Origin: a virus
Length of the DNA stretch: 64,000 nucleotides
Virus record (IMG/VR): IMGVR_UViG_3300049846_000430
Location: 32,001 to 96,000 of that record
Reading direction: 5' to 3' (one strand)
Every line of letters begins with the position of its first letter. Position 1 is the first letter of the stretch. Under the pieces are notes generated by a model. It did not search any database. It was not told the DNA's origin and saw only the letters and a list, made by a program, of their open reading frames with translations. Of the stretch, positions 10,201 through 19,900 are shown one piece after another. The translations under genes and the position numbers were made by a program.

Positions 10201-10597
10201 AACAAAAAAGCTTAATCCTGAACAGTGGTTAAATAGACAACTCCAAAGACCGGGTATAAAAGCTTATGGTGATGTATCAAAAGCTGTTGTTGATACAGCT
10301 AACTTTGTAAACGAAGCATTTAAAGAAAGAGAACGTGCAGCATATGATAGCAGACTTAGAGAGATGACTGCAGCAGATAATGTATATGGTATTATCTTTG
10401 ATAATGAAAGAGGGGACTGGGATCCTAATTCAGGATTATTAAAAGTTGATAAATACGTACCTTATAGGATGCCTGACCAATTTAGACCTATAGCTGGAAG
10501 AGTTAAGTTTGGTGGTCAGAAAGATGATGTCTTTAATGTAGACATGAAAACACTTACACAATTAATTGCAGCTGGTGCTGATATTGAGATATTATAA
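7286..10597 (+). CDS. Large probable virion/cargo protein, modular, with low-complexity linkers
   Basis: 1103 aa. Q/P/M-rich N-terminus, S/T/P-rich region near the C-terminus, several xxxGG motifs; lies in the structural operon. Confidence 0.6.
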   Translation: MASKRLSKKYYQTGGDTSPAPDIHPDMIEIVQAVEASLQSGLAPQEVVLHLAGQGYREDEISFAFEQMGYDPAAIATIMQAAEAMYNQQSQQQMQPGMEPGMEPGMEQPMEPGMEGPMPPVTEAEMQAQMAQAASPQSNVGSMEDEGISKEELATALQRAASKALARRGREMQYGGLLLPGEHAYDPVATVSQEMGKRFYYPYVPGPGDLGGALSTAVGSIGNLFSGRVGADGLQEGTFRDLGAKSARFQRSKPMQYTYNVKLDPNDKNQYAADMEDMYAASRGEGKLRTKEQYQQDVNKYSRTNFNTDTGKYDVLYTSREFDPSLLGNKQVDPYEGFRKKSISFADWKRRMDPETLSLLRENEINAPKGTTIGISPQGSPTSYISGKENPYWYNTMMGLNTLKSNQHGNMRVSGYMKAEGGPFNETEYTPIDPEPKRVLSGIPYKEEDYEFADPIRRRELRAYKKYQRLPEDQKTNPFYRTHDVKRSGLKRYWEDIPDIDYNKALQGTTFGQFISRANSLKSRGDQFGNIYETGPHPIETGYMPRNIWTSPTTGISLYPDDDPNNILKQMDDASADNFKPYIYFLQPDDQTVLPANVGYQTIVGGSGAIKGPENLKNQDKNLIDIMGFGSEDIPADKYQKTFGYNTDLIRVTTPQRNKIAGVTAIDKDVNDYLHKIYQQYQNEDLSKLSKEERDDVKLKREAEVKKYLLEKAGLDPAQYMSTLMHYNYTSPEIYSDINRPGFTVFDQYGDVYDKRKRDMPEFMKRMNTKKYGGYLRKAQFGYESMGDRMDMFGVETSDPKMYSSAIAYGKVDPPDFSGYAPRGVYSSAIPNSGLSPVGMVNIPTRRTPATSSVPTTTPSISPGVAVSTPKPTDEISSVTAPTAREAYEPMKPKEKSVIVPSDGKTSKSSAASLNPLAKPVDVSRSVSGTSELYDPFGVPTEFDNPKMTSSALALGKTTGTTTTTPASQPEVTKKLNPEQWLNRQLQRPGIKAYGDVSKAVVDTANFVNEAFKERERAAYDSRLREMTAADNVYGIIFDNERGDWDPNSGLLKVDKYVPYRMPDQFRPIAGRVKFGGQKDDVFNVDMKTLTQLIAAGADIEIL
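7571..7639 (+). repeat. 12-bp coding tandem repeat (PGME units)
   Basis: ccaggtatggaa cccggaatggaa cctggtatggag caacctatggaa cctggaatggaa, translating to PGMEPGMEPGMEQPMEPGME. Confidence 0.85.
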
Positions 10598-10599
10598 CA

Positions 10600-13500
10600 A
10601 TGGCAAAAATCAGAGTAAAAAATCTGCCGGAAGGCTTTGAGATTAAAAATGGCAAGGTTGTCAAGAAGATGGCATTTGGTGGTCATACCACTGGTGATCA
10701 ATCTGAGTATGGTTTAGTTACTATACCATCATCCAGATATGATACATTCTTCAATAATGAAAAACAACCAGATGTAAGATATAGTATATCTGCTGTACCA
10801 AGAGATGTAGCTAACGTAGAAGCTGAAGGTGGTGAGACAGTTCTTGCTGATCTTAATAATGACGGAAGCTTTGGTCTTTATGATATAAAAGGAAAAAGAC
10901 ATAGCAATGGTGGAGTGCCTTTATACATGCCTCCTCAATCATTCTTTTATTCTGATACCCCAACAATGAAGTTTAAAAGAGATGAGCTTGCTGACTTTGG
11001 GATTAAATCAAAGAAAGGAATAACACCGGCTAAGATTTCAAAGATGCCGGGTTTTCAAATCAATGAATACTATGGTGCACTTAAAGATGAGTTTGTTGAT
11101 CCTATTATGAGGAATAGTGCAGAGCTTATGATTAATAAGAATCAAATGAATCTCTCTAAACTGGCATTTGCACAGGAAGCTAAAAAGAAATTTGAAGATG
11201 GTGTTCCTACAGCTTCCTATCCTTATCTTGCTTCCCAGGGTCAAGATCCTATTGAGTTTACACAAAGAATAGAAGAGATAAGCAGACAAGAGGCTGAGAT
11301 GAAAGCTTTAGCTTCTCTACCTCCAGATCAACTTCAACAGTTGATGATGCTTAGAGACTTTTTAGCCCAGGCTCAAGCTGAACAACAAGCAATGGCTCCA
11401 GTTAATATGGCACAAAATGGACCTATGGCTGTACCTGCTGCTCAGTATGGCGGTTCTCCATTTGAAGGAATGGAGATGGATATTCATGATCAATATACTA
11501 CAGAAGATGAGGCAATGCTAGGTAATGAAGATTTTGGTGCTATGCGGACTGGTGGTGAAGAGATGGAAGATGAAGAATATTCAAGGCAGAGTGGTGAAGG
11601 AGAACAGGTTGTTGTTGGAGAATATCAAACACAGAACTTTGATCTATGTCCCAGAGCTAGTGAGCTTTATGAAGAGATTGCAGAAGAAGGTGAGGATATT
11701 GCTATTGCACAAGAATCAGCAGCATTGCATGATCAATTGTTTGGCATAGAAAGAAATGCTATTGCTCAGGATTATGCTACAAAAGAAGATGTAGCTAATG
11801 CAAAAGAATTGGCAAGACAAATTATGGGCTTGGCTAAAGAGATGGGTTTGCTTAAAGCTCACAACTATATTAAAGACCATGTTAAAAAGATTGAAGAATT
11901 GGCTGGTAACATGGAAGAAAAAAGATATGGTGGTCAAAAAGATCTTCCCAAGTTTCAAGATAATGGTGAATGGAATTGGCAAGTAGATGCTCAAGGAAGT
12001 CCTATTGTAACAACTATTGATCCTGCTACAGGTTTTCCTATTGTTCCTCAAAATGGTACACCTGCTCAACCCCCAATTGTTCCTGATCCTTCTAAGACTA
12101 CAGTTGTAACTCAAAACGCAGTTGTTGGAACAAATAACCCAAGTCCTGATCAAGCATATGATGGTACACCAGCTTTAAAGGATTATTATGATTTGGAAAG
12201 ACTGCTTAAATCAAAAGATCCTAAATGGGTAGCCACAACAGATAGAGCTTATGAATTAGTTAAAGTTGCTGCAAAAAAATATAACTTTCCTCTTCCTTCT
12301 AAGGAGGAGATGATTGATAAATTTTTGAAGTATCAGAAAAACAACTATACTATTAAAGCAATTGCAACACCTGCTGAAAGACAGTTAAAAGGTTATGATA
12401 ATGAAGCTGCTGCTCTTGGCTATGGTGATTATGATAAGACTAATCAAAATACTCAGAGATTCATGGATGATTTGCAAAAAAGAAATAAAGCATATCCTGG
12501 GTATAAAATTGATCCAACTGAAACAAAACAAATTCAAGCTTTCTTTCAAGCTCTTTATTTAGCTGATAGAAATAATGCTGAACCATATCTTGATGTTTTT
12601 TATGAAGGTCCTAATCAAAATACCAACTGGGCTCAGAATCAGGAAATTTCTGATATTGATGCTTATTATGGAAACAATACAATCAACCAATTTGGAAAAG
12701 TAAGAGAACCAATAAAACCACCTCCTCCTAATAAAAAAGAAGGTTGTCCTTGTATAGATCCTTCTGGTAAATATACAGGAACTTATTCTAAGGACTGTTG
12801 TCCTACCCCTGGTGAGTTCAAAAGAAAATACACACCACCCCAATATCAATTCTGGGCTCAGGATGTTATTAAGGCAAATGCTATTGCTCAGCGTGATAGA
12901 AGAATGTTCATGCCTTGGCAACCTGCAGTAGGTATACCTCAAGTTGATTATATACTTGAAGATCCTACTAGAGAGATTGCTGCTAATCTTGAAGCTTACA
13001 ATATAGGCGTTCAAGGTGCAGGTGCATTTGGTGGACCACAAGCTCTTGCTGCTAGAACAGCACAAGGTACCGGTAAAGCTTTTGCTGCAAATGCAAATAC
13101 ACTTGCTAATGTAAATAGCAGAAACGTAGCAACAGTAAATGCTGGTAAAGCTCTTAATGCTCAGTTCCAGGAAAGAGGAATGAGAGAAGAAAGAGACAGA
13201 CGTGTTAAGGAGTATGATGATACACAGAAAGTTCTTCAAGAGTTTCTGAATGAAAGAAACTATGACAGAGAGAAGTTTGCTGATGCATATGCTAACATGC
13301 TCACCAATGCTGCTTACACATATGACCTTAACACTCTGAATCCTTACTATAACATTATGCCTGCTACCGGTGGTATTATTCAAATGACTAACACCAAAGG
13401 ACCATTCAAGCCCACACAACAAGGTGCTTCAACTCCTATGTATGAGCAACTTGAAAAGAAAGCTGTTGAACTTAATAACAAAGGTGTTCCTGAAAAGGTA

Positions 13501-13677
13501 ATAACTCAGATTCTAAAAAGTATGGCTGGTGAATCAATAACTACAGATGAAGAAGATGCAGTTATGGAAGCAATGAGAAAAAGTCTTAATTTTCCATTTA
13601 CTCCTACTAAAGCAAGAGGTGGAGAGAAGATGAAAAAATATGCAATACCTTTTTATACAGGCAAGATAGGATATTAA
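10600..13677 (+). CDS. Large probable virion/cargo protein (crAss-like)
   Basis: 1025 aa. N-terminal NVEAEGGE...GKRHSNGGVP motif of the kind seen in crAss-like structural proteins (from memory); A/G/N-rich helical C-terminal part; five xxxGG motifs. Confidence 0.6.
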   Translation: MAKIRVKNLPEGFEIKNGKVVKKMAFGGHTTGDQSEYGLVTIPSSRYDTFFNNEKQPDVRYSISAVPRDVANVEAEGGETVLADLNNDGSFGLYDIKGKRHSNGGVPLYMPPQSFFYSDTPTMKFKRDELADFGIKSKKGITPAKISKMPGFQINEYYGALKDEFVDPIMRNSAELMINKNQMNLSKLAFAQEAKKKFEDGVPTASYPYLASQGQDPIEFTQRIEEISRQEAEMKALASLPPDQLQQLMMLRDFLAQAQAEQQAMAPVNMAQNGPMAVPAAQYGGSPFEGMEMDIHDQYTTEDEAMLGNEDFGAMRTGGEEMEDEEYSRQSGEGEQVVVGEYQTQNFDLCPRASELYEEIAEEGEDIAIAQESAALHDQLFGIERNAIAQDYATKEDVANAKELARQIMGLAKEMGLLKAHNYIKDHVKKIEELAGNMEEKRYGGQKDLPKFQDNGEWNWQVDAQGSPIVTTIDPATGFPIVPQNGTPAQPPIVPDPSKTTVVTQNAVVGTNNPSPDQAYDGTPALKDYYDLERLLKSKDPKWVATTDRAYELVKVAAKKYNFPLPSKEEMIDKFLKYQKNNYTIKAIATPAERQLKGYDNEAAALGYGDYDKTNQNTQRFMDDLQKRNKAYPGYKIDPTETKQIQAFFQALYLADRNNAEPYLDVFYEGPNQNTNWAQNQEISDIDAYYGNNTINQFGKVREPIKPPPPNKKEGCPCIDPSGKYTGTYSKDCCPTPGEFKRKYTPPQYQFWAQDVIKANAIAQRDRRMFMPWQPAVGIPQVDYILEDPTREIAANLEAYNIGVQGAGAFGGPQALAARTAQGTGKAFAANANTLANVNSRNVATVNAGKALNAQFQERGMREERDRRVKEYDDTQKVLQEFLNERNYDREKFADAYANMLTNAAYTYDLNTLNPYYNIMPATGGIIQMTNTKGPFKPTQQGASTPMYEQLEKKAVELNNKGVPEKVITQILKSMAGESITTDEEDAVMEAMRKSLNFPFTPTKARGGEKMKKYAIPFYTGKIGY

Positions 13678-13722
13678 ACCTTTAAAGTTTAATATGAAAA
13701 ACTTTTAAAACTTAAAAAATTT
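13675..13722. promoter_or_regulatory. Palindromic operator-like element TAAAC-N7-GTTTA plus a degenerate copy, upstream of the giant-protein genes
   Basis: TAAACCTTTAAAGTTTA at 13675-13691 and AAACTTAAAAAATTT at 13708-13722. The same palindrome ends occur at 52176-52192. Confidence 0.4.
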
Positions 13723-13737
13723 TAGTACCTTAAAGAT

Positions 13738-16700
13738 ATGGCAACATACATACCAGGCGTTCAAGGATATTACCCAGAGTTTGAGCCGTTTGTACCAGAC
13801 TACAAATTTCTCTCTGGTGTATTAGATCAGAGAACAGATAGGTATAACACAAACTATAAAGCTCTCAATGATCTATATAGTAAAGTTGTTTACGCAGATC
13901 TCACTAGAGATGACTCAATTGAGATGAGAGACCAATATGCAAACTTGTTAGCACCTAAGCTAGAACAAGTTGCATCAATGGATTTATCAATTCAACAGAA
14001 TGTAGATGCAGCAAAAGCATTATTCCAACCATTTTATGATAATGATCTGATTGTAAAAGATCTTGTTGCTACTCAGCAGTATAAGAAAGAACTTGGTTAT
14101 GCCAATAGTCTTCTTGAATCAAGTGATAAAAAAACAAGAGAACAGTATTGGCAGACTGGTGTTGAAGCAATGCAATATCAGATGCAGGATTTTAAACAAG
14201 CTGATCCTGGTAAAGCACTTAAGATGGGTCTTCCCAAGTATGTACCCAATGTGAACCTGTTTGATATGTCTATGCAGGTTCTTAAAGATGCCGGTCTTTC
14301 TGTAGAACAGTCAAGTTTTGATCCTAAAGATCCTCATAAGACATGGATTATAAAACAAAAAAATGGCAGTCTTGTAACTCCTATAGCTTTTGAAACTGTA
14401 AAAAGAACACTGTTAGATGACCCAAGACTTATCAATGCTTACTATACAGATGCATATGTTAAGTCTAGAAAGTTTGCTGAAGATGGCATGGCACAAGGTC
14501 AGTTTACCACAGTAGATGAGGGTAGAACTGCATGGGCTAATAACATTATTGCAGATATTCAAGCTAAGACACTTAGGCAAAATGAAAAGACACAAACAAA
14601 AGTTAAAGAAGCTGGTGATGTAAAGAAAAACTGGGAGCAATATCAGAGACAATATGGTGTAGTTCCTGGTTCAGATGAAGATCTTGCCATGATAGAAGCT
14701 CTTGCCAAATATGATGGTGAAAGAGCCAGATTAAAATCTGAAGAAGATATTTTGCAAGAATCACAAGATCCAGCACCTTCAGATGAAACTCTTATAAGCA
14801 AAGCTTATAACATGCTTATGTCTTATAACATATCTGATGATATGATGGCTGCTGCTAAAGCGTTTAGCATGAAAGATGCAAGCTTGACATTTGAAGCAAA
14901 TCCATACAGGACAATGGAGCTTGAGCATGAGCATGATTTTGCAAAAATGCGGATGCAGTTTCAGCATGATAAAGACATGGCTGATTATAAACTCAAGAAA
15001 GATAAAGAACTTGAGGATTATAAAAACAGATTTGCATCAATGATATCTGCAGCATTCAATCCACTTGCTCTTCTTGGTAATGAAAAGACAACCATTGGTG
15101 ATAAAGATGGTGATGGAGAGTTGGATACAGATTTTGATGTAGTAGAATTCAATAAAAAAGCTCAGGCTGCTGTAATGAATGATGTTGCTAAATCAAAAAT
15201 TGATGCAATTAAGAAAGCTCATATAGCAACAGAAAGTTTAAAAGCTGATGGTGGCAAACCTCAAATGATTACCATTGAAACACAAAATGGTAAACAGATG
15301 ATGGATATGAACCAGTTTGAGAAAGAAATGCTCAAGCCTGGTAATGAGAGGTTTCTTGCTGATGTTTATTCTTCTTATAAGAATAAGATTAATAATGCTC
15401 AAAAGGAAAACCCACTTCTTCTTAATGCAGATAATAATAAAACATTTAGAGAATTAAAAAATAGTTTTCTTGATGCTGACACCAAAATGGCTGCTGTTGT
15501 AAGCGGTGAGAAAGAAATGGCAAAGGTGTATAATGATAATCTTCAGAATGTTGTTCAAACTGAGTATGGAAAACCAATCAAAGAAATGCAAGAAAAAGGT
15601 ATTCCTATGATTGTTACATCTCCCACAAAGAAAGCATTTGATTATCAAGAAGCTTTGAAAAATGCACCAACTACAGAAACACCAATGCAAAGACAAGCAA
15701 GGGTTGCAAATGCAACTATGCCTGATGACTTTACAAATTGGTTTATGGGTGGTGCACAACCCAGACTTTTAACTAAAGAAGAGTATAGGAATGATTTTGC
15801 AAAAAAATATAATGCTGGGCAAATAAAAGGTGTTAGTCCAAAAACTATGGGCAGTGATATTTCTAATTCACCATCAGCTAGAGCAACAACAGCTATGGGT
15901 GGTTGGCTTGTTCTTAATCTTGATGAAAGTGGAAGAGTTTCTGGACAAAGTGTTGTTGATATGGCAGATGAGCATTATAATGCTCAAATAAAAATTTTGA
16001 ATAAAACACTAAACGGTGCTATTACTCCAACTAGAACAGCAGATGGCAAAGAAACTGGTGTATTTAAAACATTTGGTTTTGATCAGTGGATGAGAGGTGC
16101 ACCTGTAAATGAAATGACAACGGGTAATATAACTACATTTCCTACATATTCAACATTTGTAAATCCTACAGCACTAGATGAAAAATCTACAGCAGCTCTT
16201 GTTGATTTTGCAAAACAATATGTGAATTCTCCAAATGCTGTTGTTATAAGTGGTGATCTTACAGGTGTAAGTGAAACACCCACTGAATCTGATGATAATG
16301 CCAAAAAGATTTTAGGACAAGCCATTCTTGATATACAAAAAGCTGCTTTAAATCCTAAAGCAAAAGAAGGTGAAAAAACACCAACATTCAGAATTAAGTA
16401 TGCACCTGTATATGGTGCACCTTCAGGTGATAGACAAAATGCTGCTTATGTTCTTGAATTTGACAAAGAATATATAAAGACTTTTGCTGCTTCAGAAGAT
16501 AAAGCCTATATAGGTAATGATGAAGTTGATGACTACACCAAAATAACTATGATGTTTCCAAGAGAAACAGATCTTAGTTCTAGAAATGCTGAAGCATACA
16601 ACTTTTCATTTGTACAGAATAACATCCAAAGATCTCCTGAAAGAAACTACACATATGTATCCCCCAATGGTGGTAAACTAAATGTCTTTCAAGATGGGAA

Positions 16701-16941
16701 TAATTGGATGTATAATATGAACACTTTAGTTTATGATCCAAAAACATCTAATCTTGTTACACAAGATATTCTTCCTGCTATGCCTCTTTCATATGCAGAT
16801 GGTTCAGCGGTAAAAAGAAATGATTTGGATAGAATTGTTAATGGTTTACAATACACATTAGATGGAATTGCAGAAGAAAATACAAAGGCAATGAATTTGT
16901 ATAAAAGGAATATCTTTGCTCAACTAAACAAGAATCAATAA
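13738..16941 (+). CDS. Large virion (ejected cargo) protein, partner of the virion RNAP
   Basis: 1067 aa, largely helical/coiled-coil. First of three giant genes, matching the three-gene ejected-protein block of crAss-like phages. Confidence 0.6.
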   Translation: MATYIPGVQGYYPEFEPFVPDYKFLSGVLDQRTDRYNTNYKALNDLYSKVVYADLTRDDSIEMRDQYANLLAPKLEQVASMDLSIQQNVDAAKALFQPFYDNDLIVKDLVATQQYKKELGYANSLLESSDKKTREQYWQTGVEAMQYQMQDFKQADPGKALKMGLPKYVPNVNLFDMSMQVLKDAGLSVEQSSFDPKDPHKTWIIKQKNGSLVTPIAFETVKRTLLDDPRLINAYYTDAYVKSRKFAEDGMAQGQFTTVDEGRTAWANNIIADIQAKTLRQNEKTQTKVKEAGDVKKNWEQYQRQYGVVPGSDEDLAMIEALAKYDGERARLKSEEDILQESQDPAPSDETLISKAYNMLMSYNISDDMMAAAKAFSMKDASLTFEANPYRTMELEHEHDFAKMRMQFQHDKDMADYKLKKDKELEDYKNRFASMISAAFNPLALLGNEKTTIGDKDGDGELDTDFDVVEFNKKAQAAVMNDVAKSKIDAIKKAHIATESLKADGGKPQMITIETQNGKQMMDMNQFEKEMLKPGNERFLADVYSSYKNKINNAQKENPLLLNADNNKTFRELKNSFLDADTKMAAVVSGEKEMAKVYNDNLQNVVQTEYGKPIKEMQEKGIPMIVTSPTKKAFDYQEALKNAPTTETPMQRQARVANATMPDDFTNWFMGGAQPRLLTKEEYRNDFAKKYNAGQIKGVSPKTMGSDISNSPSARATTAMGGWLVLNLDESGRVSGQSVVDMADEHYNAQIKILNKTLNGAITPTRTADGKETGVFKTFGFDQWMRGAPVNEMTTGNITTFPTYSTFVNPTALDEKSTAALVDFAKQYVNSPNAVVISGDLTGVSETPTESDDNAKKILGQAILDIQKAALNPKAKEGEKTPTFRIKYAPVYGAPSGDRQNAAYVLEFDKEYIKTFAASEDKAYIGNDEVDDYTKITMMFPRETDLSSRNAEAYNFSFVQNNIQRSPERNYTYVSPNGGKLNVFQDGNNWMYNMNTLVYDPKTSNLVTQDILPAMPLSYADGSAVKRNDLDRIVNGLQYTLDGIAEENTKAMNLYKRNIFAQLNKNQ

Positions 16942-16944
16942 GAA

Positions 16945-19900
16945 ATGGAATTAAACAATAACATGATTCCGGTTGCTCCGGACAATATGCCTTCAGCTGA
17001 TCAGCAACTAAATGGCAACCCTTATGTGATTGATGCTGCTCCTGGTACCGACCCTTCTGAAAATTTTAACTTCCAACCTGTAAGTGATTTTTTTGAATCT
17101 CCTACAAATAGTGATCTTGTTATTGGTGTTGATGAAGATTATCTCAACATGCTAAGACCTCTTAGCACATCAGTAAACAAATATATTAATCCTCCCAATG
17201 GCAATTTAAGGAATCCTTATCCTACTTACGCCAGTGACACATATAACCCCTATTCTCAACAGAGAGGTCTTAATCTATCAACTAGAGAAGGAAGACTTGC
17301 TGCATTAAAAAATCCAGGAGCAACAGCTGAAATATTTACTCCCGGTGGGCCAGCACAACCTGAAATAGCTGATCCTGTTTATTCATCTATAAGAGATACA
17401 AACTTTGATAGATACTATGCTCACCCAAAGTTTGAAGAACTTGGTTGGCAACCATATGCCAATAATGAGGAATACTATAATGCCAACTCATCTACATGGG
17501 ATGATTCTGTTAGAATGTGGGGTCAGTTTAGTGGATTATTTGGTACTGGTTTTGTAAGTGGTTACCGTTCTATTGCTGATCTTTTTGATGGTGATGACTA
17601 TTTATCAACTGCTGACTTAGATAGTGCTACAGAATTCTCAGATGCAATGAGAATAGGTATGTCATCAAGAGAAGGTTTTATGGCAGGAATTAATAATTTT
17701 GCACTTAACTCTGCTTATACCTTCGGTATTATTGGCAGCATAGCAGCAGAAGAACTTGCTTTAGCTCTTATGGCTTCAACAGGTGTTGGTGCAATTCCGG
17801 CAGCTGCAAGAACAGGTGCAAATGTGACAAGAGCTGGAAGAGCTATAGTAAATTTCTTTGATGTAGGTAAAGCATTAAATGCCACAAGACAAATGCTTAA
17901 AGGTCTTAATCAAGCTGATAGAGCAAGAGACTTTTATAACACAATGAGATCTGGTGGTAAGTTTGTTGGTGATTTCTTTTTACCTGAAACTATGGCCGCA
18001 ATCAGATCTATGAACACAACACAAAATGGTGTTCAAAATCTTTCAAATTTATCTAAAGCTGCAAGAGGATTTGGTGGTTTCTATAGAGATTTAAGAGGTA
18101 TTAATCTTGCCATGTCTGAATCTAAGCTTGAGGCAGGTATGGTGTATAATGATAAGTTTGCTGATATATCCGCAAATCTTAATGAAAAGAATGGTGGTAC
18201 AGGATTAACTCCCACTGATGTTGCTAAAGCACATGATGTTGCAGCTAAATCATCATTTGCCACTCTATGGTGGAATGCTCCATTAATTTACCTGAGTAAT
18301 AAGATTGTTCTTGGTACTGCACTTGGCGGTATGAATAAAACTCTGGGAAGAGTATTTGATGAAAAACTTACAGGCTTTGGTAAAAGACTAATTAGAACTA
18401 AACCATTAACTGATGCTAGTGGTAAGATATCAAGAGATGTTTTTGAAGATGCTGGTGAAGGAATGTTTGGTGGTCTTTTACCATCAATGAAAAGAATTAA
18501 AGGATACACTGTTGGTGGATCTCTTAAAGCAGCAGGACATGGTGCCGCAAGATACTTTGCTGCAAACTTAACTGAAGGTGCTCAAGAACTTGCACAAGAA
18601 GCTATTGCTGTTGGTACTAAAGATTACTATACTCAATTGTTTGAAGATCCTGCAGCTGCCGGTTATGATGTATTTAAAACAGCATTGAGTTCTGCAATAA
18701 GTAGTCAAATGAATGCTCAAGGTTTTGAAACATTCATGTCTGGATTTATGATGGGTGGTGTAGTACAAGGTCCTCAGAAACTATTGTTTCAGGGACTGCC
18801 TAATGCTATGCAGTATACCTTTAATAGAGAGGCATATGATAAATACAAAACTGCTAAGAATGATTACATTCAGAACCTTGTAAAGACTCATAATGAAGCA
18901 TGGAATACTATGGCTGATGATCCAACAGCAATGTTTGATCCTACTAAACTAAACTTCCTGGTTCAGAAACAAGTGGCTTCAGAGATGAAGCAGTCTGCAT
19001 ATGTAGATGATGTTTTTGGTTTTATTGATGCAAAAGACTTTGGTAAGTTTAATCAGATGTATACCATTTTTAGCAATGGTACAGCAAATCAATTTAAAGA
19101 TCAACTTCAAGGATTTCAATCATTAACTGATGAAGAACTTAACCAAGCATTTCCTGGATTTAAAGCTGACATCAAGAGTGGAAAGTTTAGAGAAAGAATA
19201 GACACTACTCTTAATCAAATTGATGAAACTGAAAAAGCTTATAATGATGCTCAAAATAAATTTCAAAATCCTTTTGATAGTAGAAAATTCAAAAAGGGTA
19301 CAAAAGAGTTTATAGATGAAGCATTGAAAGAAAGAGCTTTTGAACATGCCAAGTATCTTTACATGTTTACACAGGATGGCTTTAAAAGAGCTGTTGAAAG
19401 AGCAGAAAGTATTTACAGTGAAATGGCATCTGAACCGGTAATTTCAAAGATTGCCGCTAATGATCTATCTGTTCTTATGGATATAGATAGTATTAATAAT
19501 GAGTTAGCTGTACTTTTAAAAGAAGCATCAATTGAAGCAACAACTCCAGAAGAAGAAAAAATTGCTGCTGATAAGACTGAAAGGATGATGCATTTAACTG
19601 AAATCAAAAAAGTTCTTACAGATCCCGGCAACCTAAACTCTAATGGTATTCTTGATAGAAGAAAGATTAATAAGCTTTACAAACCATTTCAGAATTATGT
19701 AAACTTCTTGGCTAAGAGTAAGAATGACTTTGTGAATAAGGATGCTGTTGTAAATGCCCTTAAGAAAATCTCTGATTATAACGCACTTAAAGAGAGAGCT
19801 AAAGTTTATGATAAAGCTATTGAGTATCTGAATAATCCAGAAAGACTTACTGAAATGGTTAATAGAACCAGAGCCATTTTTGAAGACTTATTCCGGAACA

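Noticed and set aside
12559-13422. 287-aa antisense ORF and other opposite-strand ORFs in the track
   Set aside because: They are fully nested antisense to strong genes, with Ser/Ile/Phe/Cys-rich shadow composition and no motifs.
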